A DNA stretch of 64,000 nt from Auanema rhodensis (lineage: Eukaryota; Animalia; Nematoda): NCBI GenBank assembly GCA_964057225.1, contig OZ059897.1, positions 3,596,001-3,660,000 of the forward strand. The letters run 5' to 3'. A model generated the notes under the pieces. It was given only the letters and a program-made list of their open reading frames with translations. It was not told the origin of the DNA and searched no databases. The position numbers and the translations under genes are program-made. Position 1 is the first letter of the stretch. Each line of letters begins with the position of its first letter. Shown here one piece after another: positions 27,372 to 43,162 of the stretch.

Positions 27372-30300
27372 ACCGAGATATCAACTGATATAGGTTCACA
27401 CTTATATCCTCGATTTTCACCCTGAAGAATTTATTTTTTCGTTGAATAACATTGTCCATCGTCTTCGCCTTGAAAAAAGGAATCTAAAAACATCTACTTT
27501 TTGTGAAATTATTTAGAAATTTTTCGGGAAAATTTTTGTCAAAATGTTTTTGGAAGCAATGTTGAGTGTACATGGGAACTCAGCATACACTAATGCATTA
27601 TTTTTCAAACGATAATAACTAATTTTTGTATAGAGCATTTCTCAATGTAGTATAGTGCATTCGATGCGGATTTTTAAGCTGCGTTGATCTGTGTTATCAG
27701 ATTTGAGTTAGCTTAAAAATGCACCGAGATATCAACTGATATATGTTCACACTCATATCCTCGATTATCACCCTGAAGAATTGATTTTTTCGTTGAAAAA
27801 CATTGTCCATCGTATTTTTCTTGAAAAAAGGAATCTAAAAACATCTACTTTTTGTGAAATTATTTAGAAATTTTTCGGGAAAATTTTTGTCAAAATGTTT
27901 TTGGAAGCAATGTTGAGTGTACATGGGAACTCAACATACACTAATGCATTATTTTTCAAACGATCATAACTAATTCTTGTATAGAGCGTTTCTCAATGTA
28001 GTATAGTGCATTCGATGCGGATTTTTAAGCTGCGTTGATCTGTGTTATCAGATTTGAGTTAGCTTAAAAATGCACCGAGATATCAACTGATATATGTTCA
28101 CACTTATATCCTCGATTTTCACCCTGAAGAAATGATTTTTTCGTTGAATAACATTGTCCATCGTCTTCGTCTTGAAAAAAGGAATCTAAAAACATCTACT
28201 TTTTGTGAAATTATTTAGAAATTTTTCGGGAAAATTTTTGTCAAAATGTTTTTGGAAGCAATGTTGAGTGTACATGGGAACTCAACATACACTAATGCAT
28301 TATTTTTCAAACGATCATAACTAATTTTTGTATAGAGCGTTTCTCAATGTGGTATAGTGCATTCGATGCGGATTTTTAAGCTGCGTTGATCTGTGTTATC
28401 AGATTTGAGTTAACTTAAAAATGCACCGAGATATCAACTGATATATGTTCACACTTATATCCTCGATTTTCACCCTGAAGAGATGATTTTTCCGTTGAAT
28501 AACATTGTCCATCGTCTTCGTCTTGAAAAAAGGAATCTAAAAACATCTACTTTTTGTGAAATTATTTAGAAATTTTTCGGGAAAATTTTTGTCAAAATGT
28601 TTTTGGAAGCAATGTTGAGTGTACATGGGAACTCAACATACACTAATGCATTATTTTTCAAACGATCATAACTTATTTTTGTATAGAGCGTTTCTCAATG
28701 TAGTGTAGTGCATTCGATGCGGATTTTTAAGCTGCGTCGATCTGTGTTATCCGATTTGAGCTAGCTTGAAAATGTACCGAGATATCAACTGATATATGTT
28801 CACACTTATATCCTCGATTTTCACCCTGAAGAAATGATTTTTTCGTTGAATAACATTGTCCATCGTCTTAGTCTTGAAAAAAGGAAACTGAAAACATCTA
28901 CTTTTTGTGAAATTATTTAGAAATTTTTCGGGAAAATTTTTGTCAAAATGTTTTTGGAAGCAATATTGAGTGTACATGGGAACTCAACATACACTAATGC
29001 ATTATTTTTCAAACGATCATAACTAATTTTTGTAAATAGCGTTTCTCAATGTAGTATAGTGCATTCGATGCGGATTTTTAAGCTGCGTGGATCTGTGTTA
29101 TCAGATTTGAGTTAGCTTAAAAATGCACCGAGATATCAACTGATATAGGTTCACACTTATATCCTCGATTTTCACCCTGAAGAAATGATTTTTTCGTTGA
29201 AAAACATTGTCCATCGTATTCGTCTTGAAAAAAGGAATCTAAAAACATCTACTTTTTGTGAAATTATTTAGAAATTTTTCGGGAAAATTTTTGTCAAAAT
29301 GTTTTTGGAAGCAATGTTGAGTTTACATGGGAACTCAACATACACTAATGCATTATTTTTCAAACGATCATAACTAATTTTTGTATAGAGCGTTTCTCAA
29401 TGTAGTATAGTGCATTCGATGCGGATTTTTAAGCTGCGTTGATCTGTGTTATCAGATTTGAGTTAACTTAAAAATGCACCGAGATATCAACTGATATATG
29501 TTCACACTCATATCCCCGATTATCACCCTGAAGAATTGATTTTTTCGTTGAAAAACATTGTCCATCGTATTTTTCTTGAAAAAAGGAATCTAAAAACATC
29601 TACTTTTTGTGAAATTATTTAGAAATTTTTCGGGAAAATTTGTCAAAATGTTTTTGGAAGCAATGTTGAGTGTACATGGGAACTCAACATACACTAATGC
29701 ATTATTTTTCAAACGATCATAACTAATTCTTGTATAGAGCGTTTCTCAATGTAGTATAGTGCATTCGATGCGGATTTTTAAGCTGCGTTGATCTGTGTTA
29801 TCAGATTTGAGTTAGCTTAAAAATGCACCGAGATATCAACTGATATATGTTCACACTTATATCCTCGATTTTCACCCTGAAGAAATGATTTTTTCGTTGA
29901 ATAACATTGTCCATCGTCTTCGTCTTGAAAAAAGGAATCTAAAAACATCTACTTTTTGTGAAATTATTTAGAAATTTTTCGGGAAAATTTTTGTCAAAAT
30001 GTTTTTGGAAGCAATGTTGAGTGTACATGGGAACTCAACATACACTAATGCATTATTTTTCAAACGATCATAACTAATTTTTGTATAGAGCGTTTCTCAA
30101 TGTGGTATAGTGCATTCGATGCGGATTTTTAAGCTGCGTTGATCTGTGTTATCAGATTTGAGTTAACTTAAAAATGCACCGAGATATCAACTGATATATG
30201 TTCACACTTATATCCTCGATTTTCACCCTGAAGAGATGATTTTTTCGTTGAATAACATTGTCCATCGTCTTCGTCTTGAAAAAAGGAATCTAAAAACATC

Positions 30301-33300
30301 TACTTTTTGTGAAATTATTTAGAAATTTTTCGGGAAAATTTTTGTCAAAATGTTTTTGGAAGCAATGTTGAGTGTACATGGGAACTCAACATACACTAAT
30401 GCATTATTTTTCAAACGATCATAACTTATTTTTGTATAGAGCGTTTCTCAATGTAGTGTAGTGCATTCGATGCGGATTTTTAAGCTGCGTCGATCTGTGT
30501 TATCCGATTTGAGCTAGCTTGAAAATGTACCGAGATATCAACTGATATATGTTCACACTTATATCCTCGATTTTCACCCTGAAGAAATGATTTTTTCGTT
30601 GAATAACATTGTCCATCGTCTTAGTCTTGAAAAAAGGAAACTGAAAACATCTACTTTTTGTGAAATTATTTAGAAATTTTTCGGGAAAATTTTTGTCAAA
30701 ATGTTTTTGGAAGCAATATTGAGTGTACATGGGAACTCAACATACACTAATGCATTATTTTTCGAACGATCATAACTAATTTTTGTAAATAGCGTTTCTC
30801 AATGTAGTATAGTGCATTCGATGCGGATTTTTAAGCTGCGTGGATCTGTGTTATCAGATTTGAGTTAGCTTAAAAATGCACCGAGATATCAACTGATATA
30901 TGTTCACACTTATATCCTCGATTTTCACCCTGAAGAAATGATTTTTTCGTTGAATAACATTGTCCATCGTCTTCGTCTTGAAAAAAGGAATCTAAAAACA
31001 TCTACTTTTTGTGAAATTATTTAGAAATTTTTCGGGAAAATTTTTGTCAAAATGTTTTTGGAAGCAATGTTGAGTGTACATGGGAACTCAACATACACTA
31101 ATGCATTATTTTTCAAACGATCATAACTAATTTTTGTATAGAGCGTTTCTCAATGTAGTATAGTGCATTCGATGCGGATTTTTAAGCTGCGTTGATCTGT
31201 GTTATCAGATTTGAGTTAACTTAAAAATGCACCGAGATATCAACTGATATATGTTCACACTTATATCCTCGATTTTCACCCTGAAGAGATGATTTTTTCG
31301 TTGAATAACATTGTCCATCGTCTTCGTCTTGAAAAAAGGAATCTAAAAACATCTACTTTTTGTGAAATTATTTAGAAATTTTTCGGGAAAATTTTTGTCA
31401 AAATGTTTTTGGAAGCAATGTTGAGTGTACATGGGAACTCAACATACACTAATGCATTATTTTTCAAACGATCATAACTTATTTTTGTATAGAGCGTTTC
31501 TCAATGTAGTATAGTGCATTCGATGCGGATTTTTAAGCTGCGTGGATCTGTGTTATCAGATTTGAGTTAGCTTAAAAATGCACCGAGATATCAACTGATA
31601 TAGGTTCACACTTATATCCTCGATTTTCACCCTGAAGAAATGATTTTTTCGTTGAAAAACATTGTCCATCGTATTCGTCTTGAAAAAAGGAATCTAAAAA
31701 CATCTACTTTTTGTGAAATTATTTAGAAATTTTTCGGGAAAATTTTTGTCAAAATGTTTTTGGAAGCAATGTTGAGTTTACATGGGAACTCAACATACAC
31801 TAATGCATTATTTTTCAAACGATCATAACTAATTTTTGTATAGAGCGTTTCTCAATGTGGTATAGTGCATTCGATGCGGATTTTTAAGCTGCGTTGATCT
31901 GTGTTATCAGATTTGAGTTAACTTAAAAATGCACCGAGATATCAACTGATATATGTTCACACTTATATCTTCGATTTTCACCCTGAAGAGATGATTTTTT
32001 CGTTGAATAACATTGTCCATCGTCTTCGTCTTGAAAAAAGGAATCTAAAAACATCTACTTTTTGTGAAATTATTTAGAAATTTTTCGGGAAAATTTTTGT
32101 CAAAATGTTTTTGGAAGCAATGTTGAGTGTACATGGGAACTCAACATACACTAATGCATTATTTTTCAAACGATCATAACTTATTTTTGTATAGAGCGTT
32201 TCTCAATGTAGTATAGTGCATTCGATGCGGATTTTTAAGCTGCGTGGATCTGTGTTATCAGATTTGAGTTAGCTTAAAAATGCACCCAGATATCAACTGA
32301 TATAGGTTCACACTTATATCCTCGATTTTCACCCTGAAGAAATGATTTTTTCGTTGAAAAACATTGTCCATCGTATTCGTCTTGAAAAAAGGAATCTAAA
32401 AACATCTACTTTTTGTGAAATTATTTAGAAATTTTTCGGGAAAATTTTTGTCAAAATGTTTTTGGAAGCAATGTTGAGTTTACATGGGAACTCAACATAC
32501 ACTAATGCATTATTTTTCAAACGATCATAACTAATTTTTGTATAGAGCGTTTCTCAATGTAGTATAGTGCATTCGATGCGGATTTTTAAGCTGCGTTGAT
32601 CTGTGTTATCAGATTTGAGTTAACTTAAAAATGCACCGAGATATCAACTGATATATGTTCACACTCATATCCCCGATTATCACCCTGAAGAATTGATTTT
32701 TTCGTTGAAAAACATTGTCCATCGTATTTTTCTTGAAAAAAGGAATCTAAAAACATCTACTTTTTGTGAAATTATTTAGAAATTTTTCGGGAAAATTTTT
32801 GTCAAAATGTTTTTGGAAGCAATGTTGAGTGTACATGGGAACTCAACATACACTAATGCATTATTTTTCAAACGATCATAACTAATTCTTGTATAGAGCG
32901 TTTCTCAATGTAGTATAGTGCATTCGATGCGGATTTTTAAGCTGCGTTGATCTGTGTTATCAGATTTGAGTTAGCTTAAAAATGCACCGAGATATCAACT
33001 GATATATGTTCACACTTATATCCTCGATTTTCACCCTGAAGAAATGATTTTTTCGTTGAATAACATTGTCCATCGTCTTCGTCTTGAAAAAAGGAATCTA
33101 AAAACATCTACTTTTTGTGAAATTATTTAGAAATTTTTCGGGAAAATTTTTGTCAAAATGTTTTTGGAAGCAATGTTGAGTGTACATGGGAACTCAACAT
33201 ACACTAATGCATTATTTTTCAAACGATCATAACTAATTTTTGTATAGAGCGTTTCTCAATGTGGTATAGTGCATTCGATGCGGATTTTTAAGCTGCGTTG

Positions 33301-36300
33301 ATCTGTGTTATCAGATTTGAGTTAACTTAAAAATGCACCGAGATATCAACTGATATATGTTCACACTTATATCCTCGATTTTCACCCTGAAGAGATGATT
33401 TTTTCGTTGAATAACATTGTCCATCGTCTTCGTCTTGAAAAAAGGAATCTAAAAACATCTACTTTTTGTGAAATTATTTAGAAATTTTTCGGGAAAATTT
33501 TTGTCAAAATGTTTTTGGAAGCAATGTTGAGTGTACATGGGAACTCAACATACACTAATGCATTATTTTTCAAACGATCATAACTAATTTTTGTATAGAG
33601 CGTTTCTCAATGTGGTATAGTGCATTCGATGCGGATTTTTAAGCTGCGTCGATCTGTGTTATCCGATTTGAGCTAGCTTGAAAATGTACCGAGATATCAA
33701 CTGATATATGTTCACACTTATATCCTCGATTTTCACCCTGAAGAAATGATTTTTTCGTTGAATAACATTGTCCATCGTCTTAGTCTTGGAAAAAGGAAAC
33801 TGAAAACATCTACTTTTTGTGAAATTATTTAGAAATTTTTCGGGAAAATTTTTGTCAAAATGTTTTTGGAAGCAATATTGAGTGTACATGGGAACTCAAC
33901 ATACACTAATGCATTATTTTTCAAACGATCATAACTAATTTTTGTAAATAGCGTTTCTCAATGTAGTATAGTGCATTCGATGCGGATTTTTAAGCTGCGT
34001 GGATCTGTGTTATCAGATTTGAGTTAGCTTAAAAATGCACCGAGATATCAACTGATATAGGTTCACACTTATATCCTCGATTTTCACCCTGAAGAAATGA
34101 TTTTTTCGTTGAAAAACATTGTCCATCGTATTCGTCTTGAAAAAAGGAATCTAAAAACATCTACTTTTTGTGAAATTATTTAGAAATTTTTCGGGAAAAT
34201 TTTTGTCAAAATGTTTTTGGAAGCAATGTTGAGTTTACATGGGAACTCAACATACACTAATGCATTATTTTTCAAACGATCATAACTAATTTTTGTATAG
34301 AGCGTTTCTCAATGTAGTATAGTGCATTCGATGCGGATTTTTAAGCTGCGTTGATCTGTGTTATCAGATTTGAGTTAACTTAAAAATGCACCGAGATATC
34401 AACTGATATATGTTCACACTCATATCCCCGATTATCACCCTGAAGAATTGATTTTTTCGTTGAAAAACATTGTCCATCGTATTTTTCTTGAAAAAAGGAA
34501 TCTAAAAACATCTACTTTTTGTGAAATTATTTAGAAATTTTTCGGGAAAATTTGTCAAAATGTTTTTGGAAGCAATGTTGAGTGTACATGGGAACTCAAC
34601 ATACACTAATGCATTATTTTTCAAACGATCATAACTAATTCTTGTATAGAGCGTTTCTCAATGTAGTATAGTGCATTCGATGCGGATTTTTAAGCTGCGT
34701 TGATCTGTGTTATCAGATTTGAGTTAGCTTAAAAATGCACCGAGATATCAACTGATATATGTTCACACTTATATCCTCGATTTTCACCCTGAAGAAATGA
34801 TTTTTTCGTTGAATAACATTGTCCATCGTCTTCGTCTTGAAAAAAGGAATCTAAAAACATCTACTTTTTGTGAAATTATTTAGAAATTTTTCGGGAAAAT
34901 TTTTGTCAAAATGTTTTTGGAAGCAATGTTGAGTGTACATGGGAACTCAACATACACTAATGCATTATTTTTCAAACGATCATAACTAATTTTTGTATAG
35001 AGCGTTTCTCAATGTGGTATAGTGCATTCGATGCGGATTTTTAAGCTGCGTTGATCTGTGTTATCAGATTTGAGTTAACTTAAAAATGCACCGAGATATC
35101 AACTGATATATGTTCACACTTATATCCTCGATTTTCACCCTGAAGAGATGATTTTTTCGTTGAATAACATTGTCCATCGTCTTCGTCTTGAAAAAAGGAA
35201 TCTAAAAACATCTACTTTTTGTGAAATTATTTAGAAATTTTTCGGGAAAATTTTTGTCAAAATGTTTTTGGAAGCAATGTTGAGTGTACATGGGAACTCA
35301 ACATACACTAATGCATTATTTTTCAAACGATCATAACTAATTTTTGTATAGAGCGTTTCTCAATGTGGTATAGTGCATTCGATGCGGATTTTTAAGCTGC
35401 GTTGATCTGTGTTATCAGATTTGAGTTAACTTAAAAATGCACCGAGATATCAACTGATATATGTTCACACTTATATCCTCGATTTTCACCTTGAAGAGAT
35501 GATTTTTTCGTTGAATAACATTGTCCATCGTCTTTGTCTTGAAAAAAGGAATCTAAAAACATCTACTTTTTGTGAAATTATTTAGAAATTTTTCGGGAAA
35601 ATTTTTGTCAAAATGTTTTTGGAAGCAATGTTGAGTGTACATGGGAACTCAACATACACTAATGCATTATTTTTCGAACGATCATAACTAATTTTTGTAA
35701 ATAGCGTTTCTCAATGTAGTATAGTGCATTCGATGCGGATTTTTAAGCTGCGTGGATCTGTGTTATCAGATTTGAGTTAGCTTAAAAATGCACCGAGATA
35801 TCAACTGATATATGTTCACACTTATATCCTCGATTTTCACCCTGAAGAAATGATTTTTTCGTTGAATAACATTGTCCATCGTCTTCGTCTTGAAAAAAGG
35901 AATCTAAAAACATCTACTTTTTGTGAAATTATTCAGAAATTTTTCGGGAAAATTTTTGTCAAAATGTTTTTGGAAGCAATGTTGAGTGTACATGGGAACT
36001 CAACATACACTAATGCATTATTTTTCAAACGATCATAACTAATTTTTGTATAGAGCGTTTCTCAATGTAGTATAGTGCATTCGATGCGGATTTTTAAGCT
36101 GCGTTGATCTGTGTTATCAGATTTGAGTTAACTTAAAAATGCACCGAGATATCAACTGATATATGTTCACACTTATATCCTCGATTTTCACCCTGAAGAG
36201 ATGATTTTTTCGTTGAATAACATTGTCCATCGTCTTCGTCTTGAAAAAAGGAATCTAAAAACATCTACTTTTTGTGAAATTATTTAGAAATTTTTCGGGA

Positions 36301-37698
36301 AAATTTTTGTCAAAATGTTTTTGGAAGCAATGTTGAGTGTACATGGGAACTCAACATACACTAATGCATTATTTTTCAAACGATCATAACTTATTTTTGT
36401 ATAGAGCGTTTCTCAATGTAGTATAGTGCATTCGATGCGGATTTTTAAGCTGCGTGGATCTGTGTTATCAGATTTGAGTTAGCTTAAAAATGCACCGAGA
36501 TATCAACTGATATAGGTTCACACTTATATCCTCGATTTTTACCCTGAAGAAATGATTTTTTCGTTGAAAAACATTGTCCATCGTATTCGTCTTGAAAAAA
36601 GGAATCTAAAAACATCTACTTTTTGTGAAATTATTTAGAAATTTTTCGGGAAAATTTTTGTCAAAATGTTTTTGGAAGCAATGTTGAGTTTACATGGGAA
36701 CTCAACATACACTAATGCATTATTTTTCAAACGATCATATCTAATTTTTGTATAGAGCGTTTCTCAATGTGGTATAGTGCATTCGATGCGGATTTTTAAG
36801 CTGCGTTGATCTGTGTTATCAGATTTGAGTTAACTTAAAAATGCACCGAGATATCAACTGATATATGTTCACACTTATATCCTCGATTTTCACCCTGAAG
36901 AGATGATTTTTTCGTTGAATAACATTGTCCATCGTCTTCGTCTTGAAAAAAGGAATCTAAAAACATCTACTTTTTGTGAAATTATTTAGAAATTTTTCGG
37001 GAAAATTTTTGTCAAAATGTTTTTGGAAGCAATGTTGAGTGTACATGGGAACTCAACATACACTAATGCATTATTTTTCAAACGATCATAACTTATTTTT
37101 GTATAGAGCGTTTCTCAATGTAGTATAGTGCATTCGATGCGGATTTTTAAGCTGCGTGGATCTGTGTTATCAGATTTGAGTTAGCTTAAAAATGCACCGA
37201 GATATCAACTGATATAGGTTCACACATATATCCTCGATTTTCACCCTGAAGAAATGATTTTTTCGTTGAAAAACATTGTCCATCGTATTCGTCTTGAAAA
37301 AAGGAATCTAAAAACATCTACTTTTTGTGAAATTATTTAGAAATTTTTCGGGAAAATTTTTGTCAAAATGTTTTTGGAAGCAATGTTGAGTTTACATGGG
37401 AACTCAACATACACTAATGCATTATTTTTCAAACGATCATAACTAATTTTTGTATAGAGCGTTTCTCAATGTAGTATAGTGCATTCGATGCGGATTTTTA
37501 AGCTGCGTTGATCTGTGTTATCAGATTTGAGTTAACTTAAAAATGCACCGAGATATCAACTGATATATGTTCACACTCATATCCCCGATTATCACCCTGA
37601 AGAATTGATTTTTTCGTTGAAAAACATTGTCCATCGTATTTTTCTTGAAAAAAGGAATCTAAAAACATCTACTTTTTGTGAAATTATTTAGAAATTTT
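25010..37698 (+). repeat. Copy 1 of a >=12.7-kb near-identical block duplication within the array
   Basis: About ten rare markers recur in order at +26,302 bp. ORF pairs 25240/51542, 26293/52595, 28747/55049, 30500/56802, 33659/59961 and 35850/62152 all share that offset. Confidence 0.93.
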
Positions 37699-37897
37699 TC
37701 GGGAAAATTTTTGTCAAAATGTTTTTGGAAGCAATGTTGAGTGTACATGGGAACTCAACATACACTAATGCATTATTTTTCAAACGATCATAACTAATTC
37801 TTGTATAGAGCGTTTCTCAATGTAGTATAGTGCATTCGATGCGGATTTTTAAGCTGCGTTGATCTGTGTTATCAGATTTGAGTTAGCTTAAAAATGC
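27723..37897 (+). repeat. 14-monomer higher-order repeat (4912 bp), two diverged copies
   Basis: Markers at a 4912-bp offset include the 2-bp deletion monomers at 29478 and 34390, TTCGAACG at 30764 and 35676, and ORFs at 28747 and 33659. The monomer order is largely the same. Confidence 0.8.
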
Positions 37898-38248
37898 ACC
37901 GAGATATCAACTGATATATGTTCACACTTATATCCTCGATTTTCACCCTGAAGAGATGATTTTTTCGTTGAATAACATTGTCCATCGTCTTCGTCTTGAA
38001 AAAAGGAATCTAAAAACATCTACTTTTTGTGAAATTATTTAGAAATTTTTCGGGAAAATTTTTGTCAAAATGTTTTTGGAAGCAATGTTGAGTGTACATG
38101 GGAACTCAACATACACTAATGCATTATTTTTCAAACGATCATAACTAATTTTTGTAAATAGCGTTTCTCAATGTAGTATAGTGCATTCGATGCGGATTTT
38201 TAAGCTGCGTGGATCTGTGTTATCAGATTTGAGTTAGCTTAAAAATGC

Positions 38249-41200
38249 ACCGAGATATCAACTGATATAGGTTCACACTTATATCCTCGATTTTCACCCT
38301 GAAGAAATGATTTTTTCGTTGAAAAACATTGTCCATCGTATTCGTCTTGAAAAAAGGAATCTAAAAACATCTACTTTTTGTGAAATTATTTAGAAATTTT
38401 TCGGGAAAATTTTTGTCAAAATGTTTTTGGAAGCAATGTTGAGTTTACATGGGAACTCAACATACACTAATGCATTATTTTTCAAACGATCATAACTAAT
38501 TTTTGTATAGAGCGTTTCTCAATGTAGTATAGTGCATTCGATGCGGATTTTTAAGCTGCGTTGATCTGTGTTATCAGATTTGAGTTAACTTAAAAATGCA
38601 CCGAGATATCAACTGATATATGTTCACACTCATATCCCCGATTATCACCCTGAAGAATTGATTTTTTCGTTGAAAAACATTGTCCATCGTATTTTTCTTG
38701 AAAAAAGGAATCTAAAAACATCTACTTTTTGTGAAATTATTTAGAAATTTTTCGGGAAAATTTTTGTCAAAATGTTTTTGGAAGCAATGTTGAGTGTACA
38801 TGGGAACTCAACATACACTAATGCATTATTTTTCAAACGATCATAACTAATTCTTGTATAGAGCGTTTCTCAATGTAGTATAGTGCATTCGATGCGGATT
38901 TTTAAGCTGCGTTGATCTGTGTTATCAGATTTGAGTTAGCTTAAAAATGCACCGAGATATCAACTGATATATGTTCACACTTATATCCTCGATTTTCACC
39001 CTGAAGAAATGATTTTTTCGTTGAATAACATTGTCCATCGTCTTCGTCTTGAAAAAAGGAATCTAAAAACATCTACTTTTTGTGAAATTATTTAGAAATT
39101 TTTCGGGAAAATTTTTGTCAAAATGTTTTTGGAAGCAATGTTGAGTGTACATGGGAACTCAACATACACTAATGCATTATTTTTCAAACGATCATAACTA
39201 ATTTTTGTATAGAGCGTTTCTCAATGTGGTATAGTGCATTCGATGCGGATTTTTAAGCTGCGTTGATCTGTGTTATCAGATTTGAGTTAACTTAAAAATG
39301 CACCGAGATATCAACTGATATATGTTCACACTTATATCCTCGATTTTCACCCTGAAGAGATGATTTTTTCGTTGAATAACATTGTCCATCGTCTTCGTCT
39401 TGAAAAAAGGAATCTAAAAACATCTACTTTTTGTGAAATTATTTAGAAATTTTTCGGGAAAATTTTTGTCAAAATGTTTTTGGAAGCAATGTTGAGTGTA
39501 CATGGGAACTCAACATACACTAATGCATTATTTTTCAAACGATCATAACTAATTTTTGTATAGAGCGTTTCTCAATGTAGTATAGTGCATTCGATGCGGA
39601 TTTTTAAGCTGCGTTGATCTGTGTTATCAGATTTGAGTTAACTTAAAAATGCACCGAGATATCAACTGATATATGTTCACACTCATATCCTCGATTATCA
39701 CCCTGAAGAATTGATTTTTTCGTTGAAAAACATTGTCCATCGTATTTTTCTTGAAAAAAGGAATCTAAAAACATCTACTTTTTGTGAAATTATTTAGAAA
39801 TTTTTCGGGAAAATTTTTGTCAAAATGTTTTTGGAAGCAATGTTAAGTGTACATGGGAACTCAACATACACTAATGCATTATTTTTCAAACGATCATAAC
39901 TAATTTTTGTATAGAGCGTTTCTCAATGTAGTATAGTGCATTCGATGCGGATTTTTAAGCTGCGTTGATCTGTGTTATCAGATTTGAGTTAACTTAAAAA
40001 TGCACCGAGATATCAACTGATATATGTTCACACTTATATCCTCGATTTTCACCCTGAAGAAATGATTTTTTCGTTGAAAAACATTGTCCATCGTATTCGT
40101 CTTGTAAAAAGGAATCTAAAAACATCTACTTTTTGTGAAATTATTTAGAAATTTTTCGGCAAAATTTTTGTCAAAATGTTTTTGGAAGCAATGTTGAGTG
40201 TACATGGGAACTCAACATTCACTAATGCATTATTTTTCAAACGATCATAACTAATTTTTGTATAGAGCGTTTCTCATTGTAGTATAATGCATTCGATGCG
40301 GATTTTTAAGCTGCTTTGATCTGTGTTATCAGATTTGAGTTAACTTAAAAATGCACCGAGATATCAACTGATATAGGTTCACACTTATATCCTCGATTTT
40401 CACCCTGAAGAAATGATTTTTTCGTTGAAAAACATTGTCCATCGTCTTCGTCTTGAAAAAAGGAATCCAAAAACATCTACTTTTTGTAAAATTATTTAGA
40501 AATTTTTCGGGAAACTTTTTGTCAAAATGTTTTTGGAAGCAATGTTGAGTGTACATGGGAACTCAACATACACTAATGCATTATTTTTCAAACGATCATA
40601 ACTAATTTTTGTATAGAGCGTTTCTCAATGTAGTATAGTGCATTCGATGCGGATTTTTAAGCTGCGTTGATCTGTGTTATCAGATTTGAGTTAACTTAAA
40701 AATGCACCGAGATATCAACTGATATATGTTCACACTCATATCCTCGATTATCACCCTGAAGAATTGATTTTTTCGTTGAAAAACTATGTCCATCGTATTT
40801 TTCTTGAAAAAAGGAATCTAAAAACATCTACTTTTTGTGAAATTATTTAGAAATTTTTCGGGAAAATTTTTGTCAAAATGTTTTTGGAAGCAATGTTGAG
40901 TGTACATGGGAACTCAACATACACTAATGCATTATTTTTCAAACGATCATAACTAATTTTTGTAAATAGCGTTTCTCAATGTAGTATAGTGCATTCGATG
41001 CGGATTTTTAAGCTGCGTGGATCTGTGTTATCAGATTTGAGTTAGCTTAAAAATGCACCGAGATATCAACTGATATAGGTTCACACTTATATCCTCGATT
41101 TTCACCCTGAAGAAATGATTTTTTCGTTGAAAAACATTGTCCATCGTATTCGTCTTGAAAAAAGGAATCTAAAAACATCTACTTTTTGTGAAATTATTTA

Positions 41201-43162
41201 GAAATTTTTCGGGAAAATTTTTGTCAAAATGTTTTTGGAAGCAATGTTGAGTTTACATGGGAACTCAACATACACTAATGCATTATTTTTCAAACGATCA
41301 TAACTAATTTTTGTATAGAGCGTTTCTCAATGTAGTATAGTGCATTCGATGCGGATTTTTAAGCTGCGTTGATCTGTGTTATCAGATTTGAGTTAACTTA
41401 AAAATGCACCGAGATATCAACTGATATATGTTCACACTCATATCCCCGATTATCACCCTGAAGAATTGATTTTTTCGTTGAAAAACATTGTCCATCGTAT
41501 TTTTCTTGAAAAAAGGAATCTAAAAACATCTACTTTTTGTGAAATTATTTAGAAATTTTTCGGGAAAATTTTTGTCAAAATGTTTTTGGAAGCAATGTTG
41601 AGTGTACATGGGAACTCAACATACACTAATGCATTATTTTTCAAACGATCATAACTAATTCTTGTATAGAGCGTTTCTCAATGTAGTATAGTGCATTCGA
41701 TGCGGATTTTTAAGCTGCGTTGATCTGTGTTATCAGATTTGAGTTAGCTTAAAAATGCACCGAGATATCAACTGATATATGTTCACACTTATATCCTCGA
41801 TTTTCACCCTGAAGAAATGATTTTTTCGTTGAATAACATTGTCCATCGTCTTCGTCTTGAAAAAAGGAATCTAAAAACATCTACTTTTTGTGGAATTATT
41901 TAGAAATTTTTCGGGAAAATTTTTGTCAAAATGTTTTTGGAAGCAATGTTGAGTGTACATGGGAACTCAACATACACTAATGCATTATTTTTCAAACGAT
42001 CATAACTAATTTTTGTATAGAGCGTTTCTCAATGTGGTATAGTGCATTCGATGCGGATTTTTAAGCTGCGTTGATCTGTGTTATCAGATTTGAGTTAACT
42101 TAAAAATGCACCGAGATATCAACTGATATATGTTCACACTTATATCCTCGATTTTCACCCTGAAGAGATGATTTTTTCGTTGAATAACATTGTCCATCGT
42201 CTTCGTCTTGAAAAAAGGAATCTAAAAACATCTACTTTTTGTGAAATTATTTAGAAATTTTTCGGGAAAATTTTTGTCAAAATGTTTTTGGAAGCAATGT
42301 TGAGTGTACATGGGAACTCAACATACACTAATGCATTATTTTTCAAACGATCATAACTAATTTTTGTATAGAGCGTTTCTCAATGTAGTATAGTGCATTC
42401 GATGCGGATTTTTAAGCTGCGTTGATCTGTGTTATCAGATTTGAGTTAACTTAAAAATGCACCGAGATATCAACTGATATATGTTCACACTCATATCCTC
42501 GATTATCACCCTGAAGAATTGATTTTTTCGTTGAAAAACATTGTCCATCGTATTTTTCTTGAAAAAAGGAATCTAAAAACATCTACTTTTTGTGAAATTA
42601 TTTAGAAATTTTTCGGGAAAATTTTTGTCAAAATGTTTTTGGAAGCAATGTTGAGTGTACATGGGAACTCAACATACACTAATGCATTATTTTTCAAACG
42701 ATCATAACTAATTTTTGTATAGAGCGTTTCTCAATGTAGTATAGTGCATTCGATGCGGATTTTTAAGCTGCGTTGATCTGTGTTATCAGATTTGAGTTAA
42801 CTTAAAAATGCACCGAGATATCAACTGATATATGTTCACACTTATATCCTCGATTTTCACCCTGAAGAAATGATTTTTTCGTTGAAAAACATTGTCCATC
42901 GTATTCGTCTTGTAAAAAGGAATCTAAAAACATCTACTTTTTGTGAAATAATTTAGAAATTTTTCGGCAAAATTTTTGTCAAAATGTTTTTGGAAGCAAT
43001 GTTGAGTGTACATGGGAACTCAACATTCACTAATGCATTATTTTTCAAACGATCATAACTAATTTTTGTATAGAGCGTTTCTCATTGTAGTATAATGCAT
43101 TCGATGCGGATTTTTAAGCTGCTTTGATCTGTGTTATCAGATTTGAGTTAACTTAAAAATGC
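38249..43162 (+). repeat. 8-monomer-offset duplication (M110-M115 ~ M118-M123, 2808 bp)
   Basis: The same order of GAGTTTA, ATCCCCG, plain, plain, CACTCA-type and CTTGTAAAA/CGGCAAA/ACATTCAC monomers recurs. The last type starts at 40004 and 42812. Confidence 0.8.
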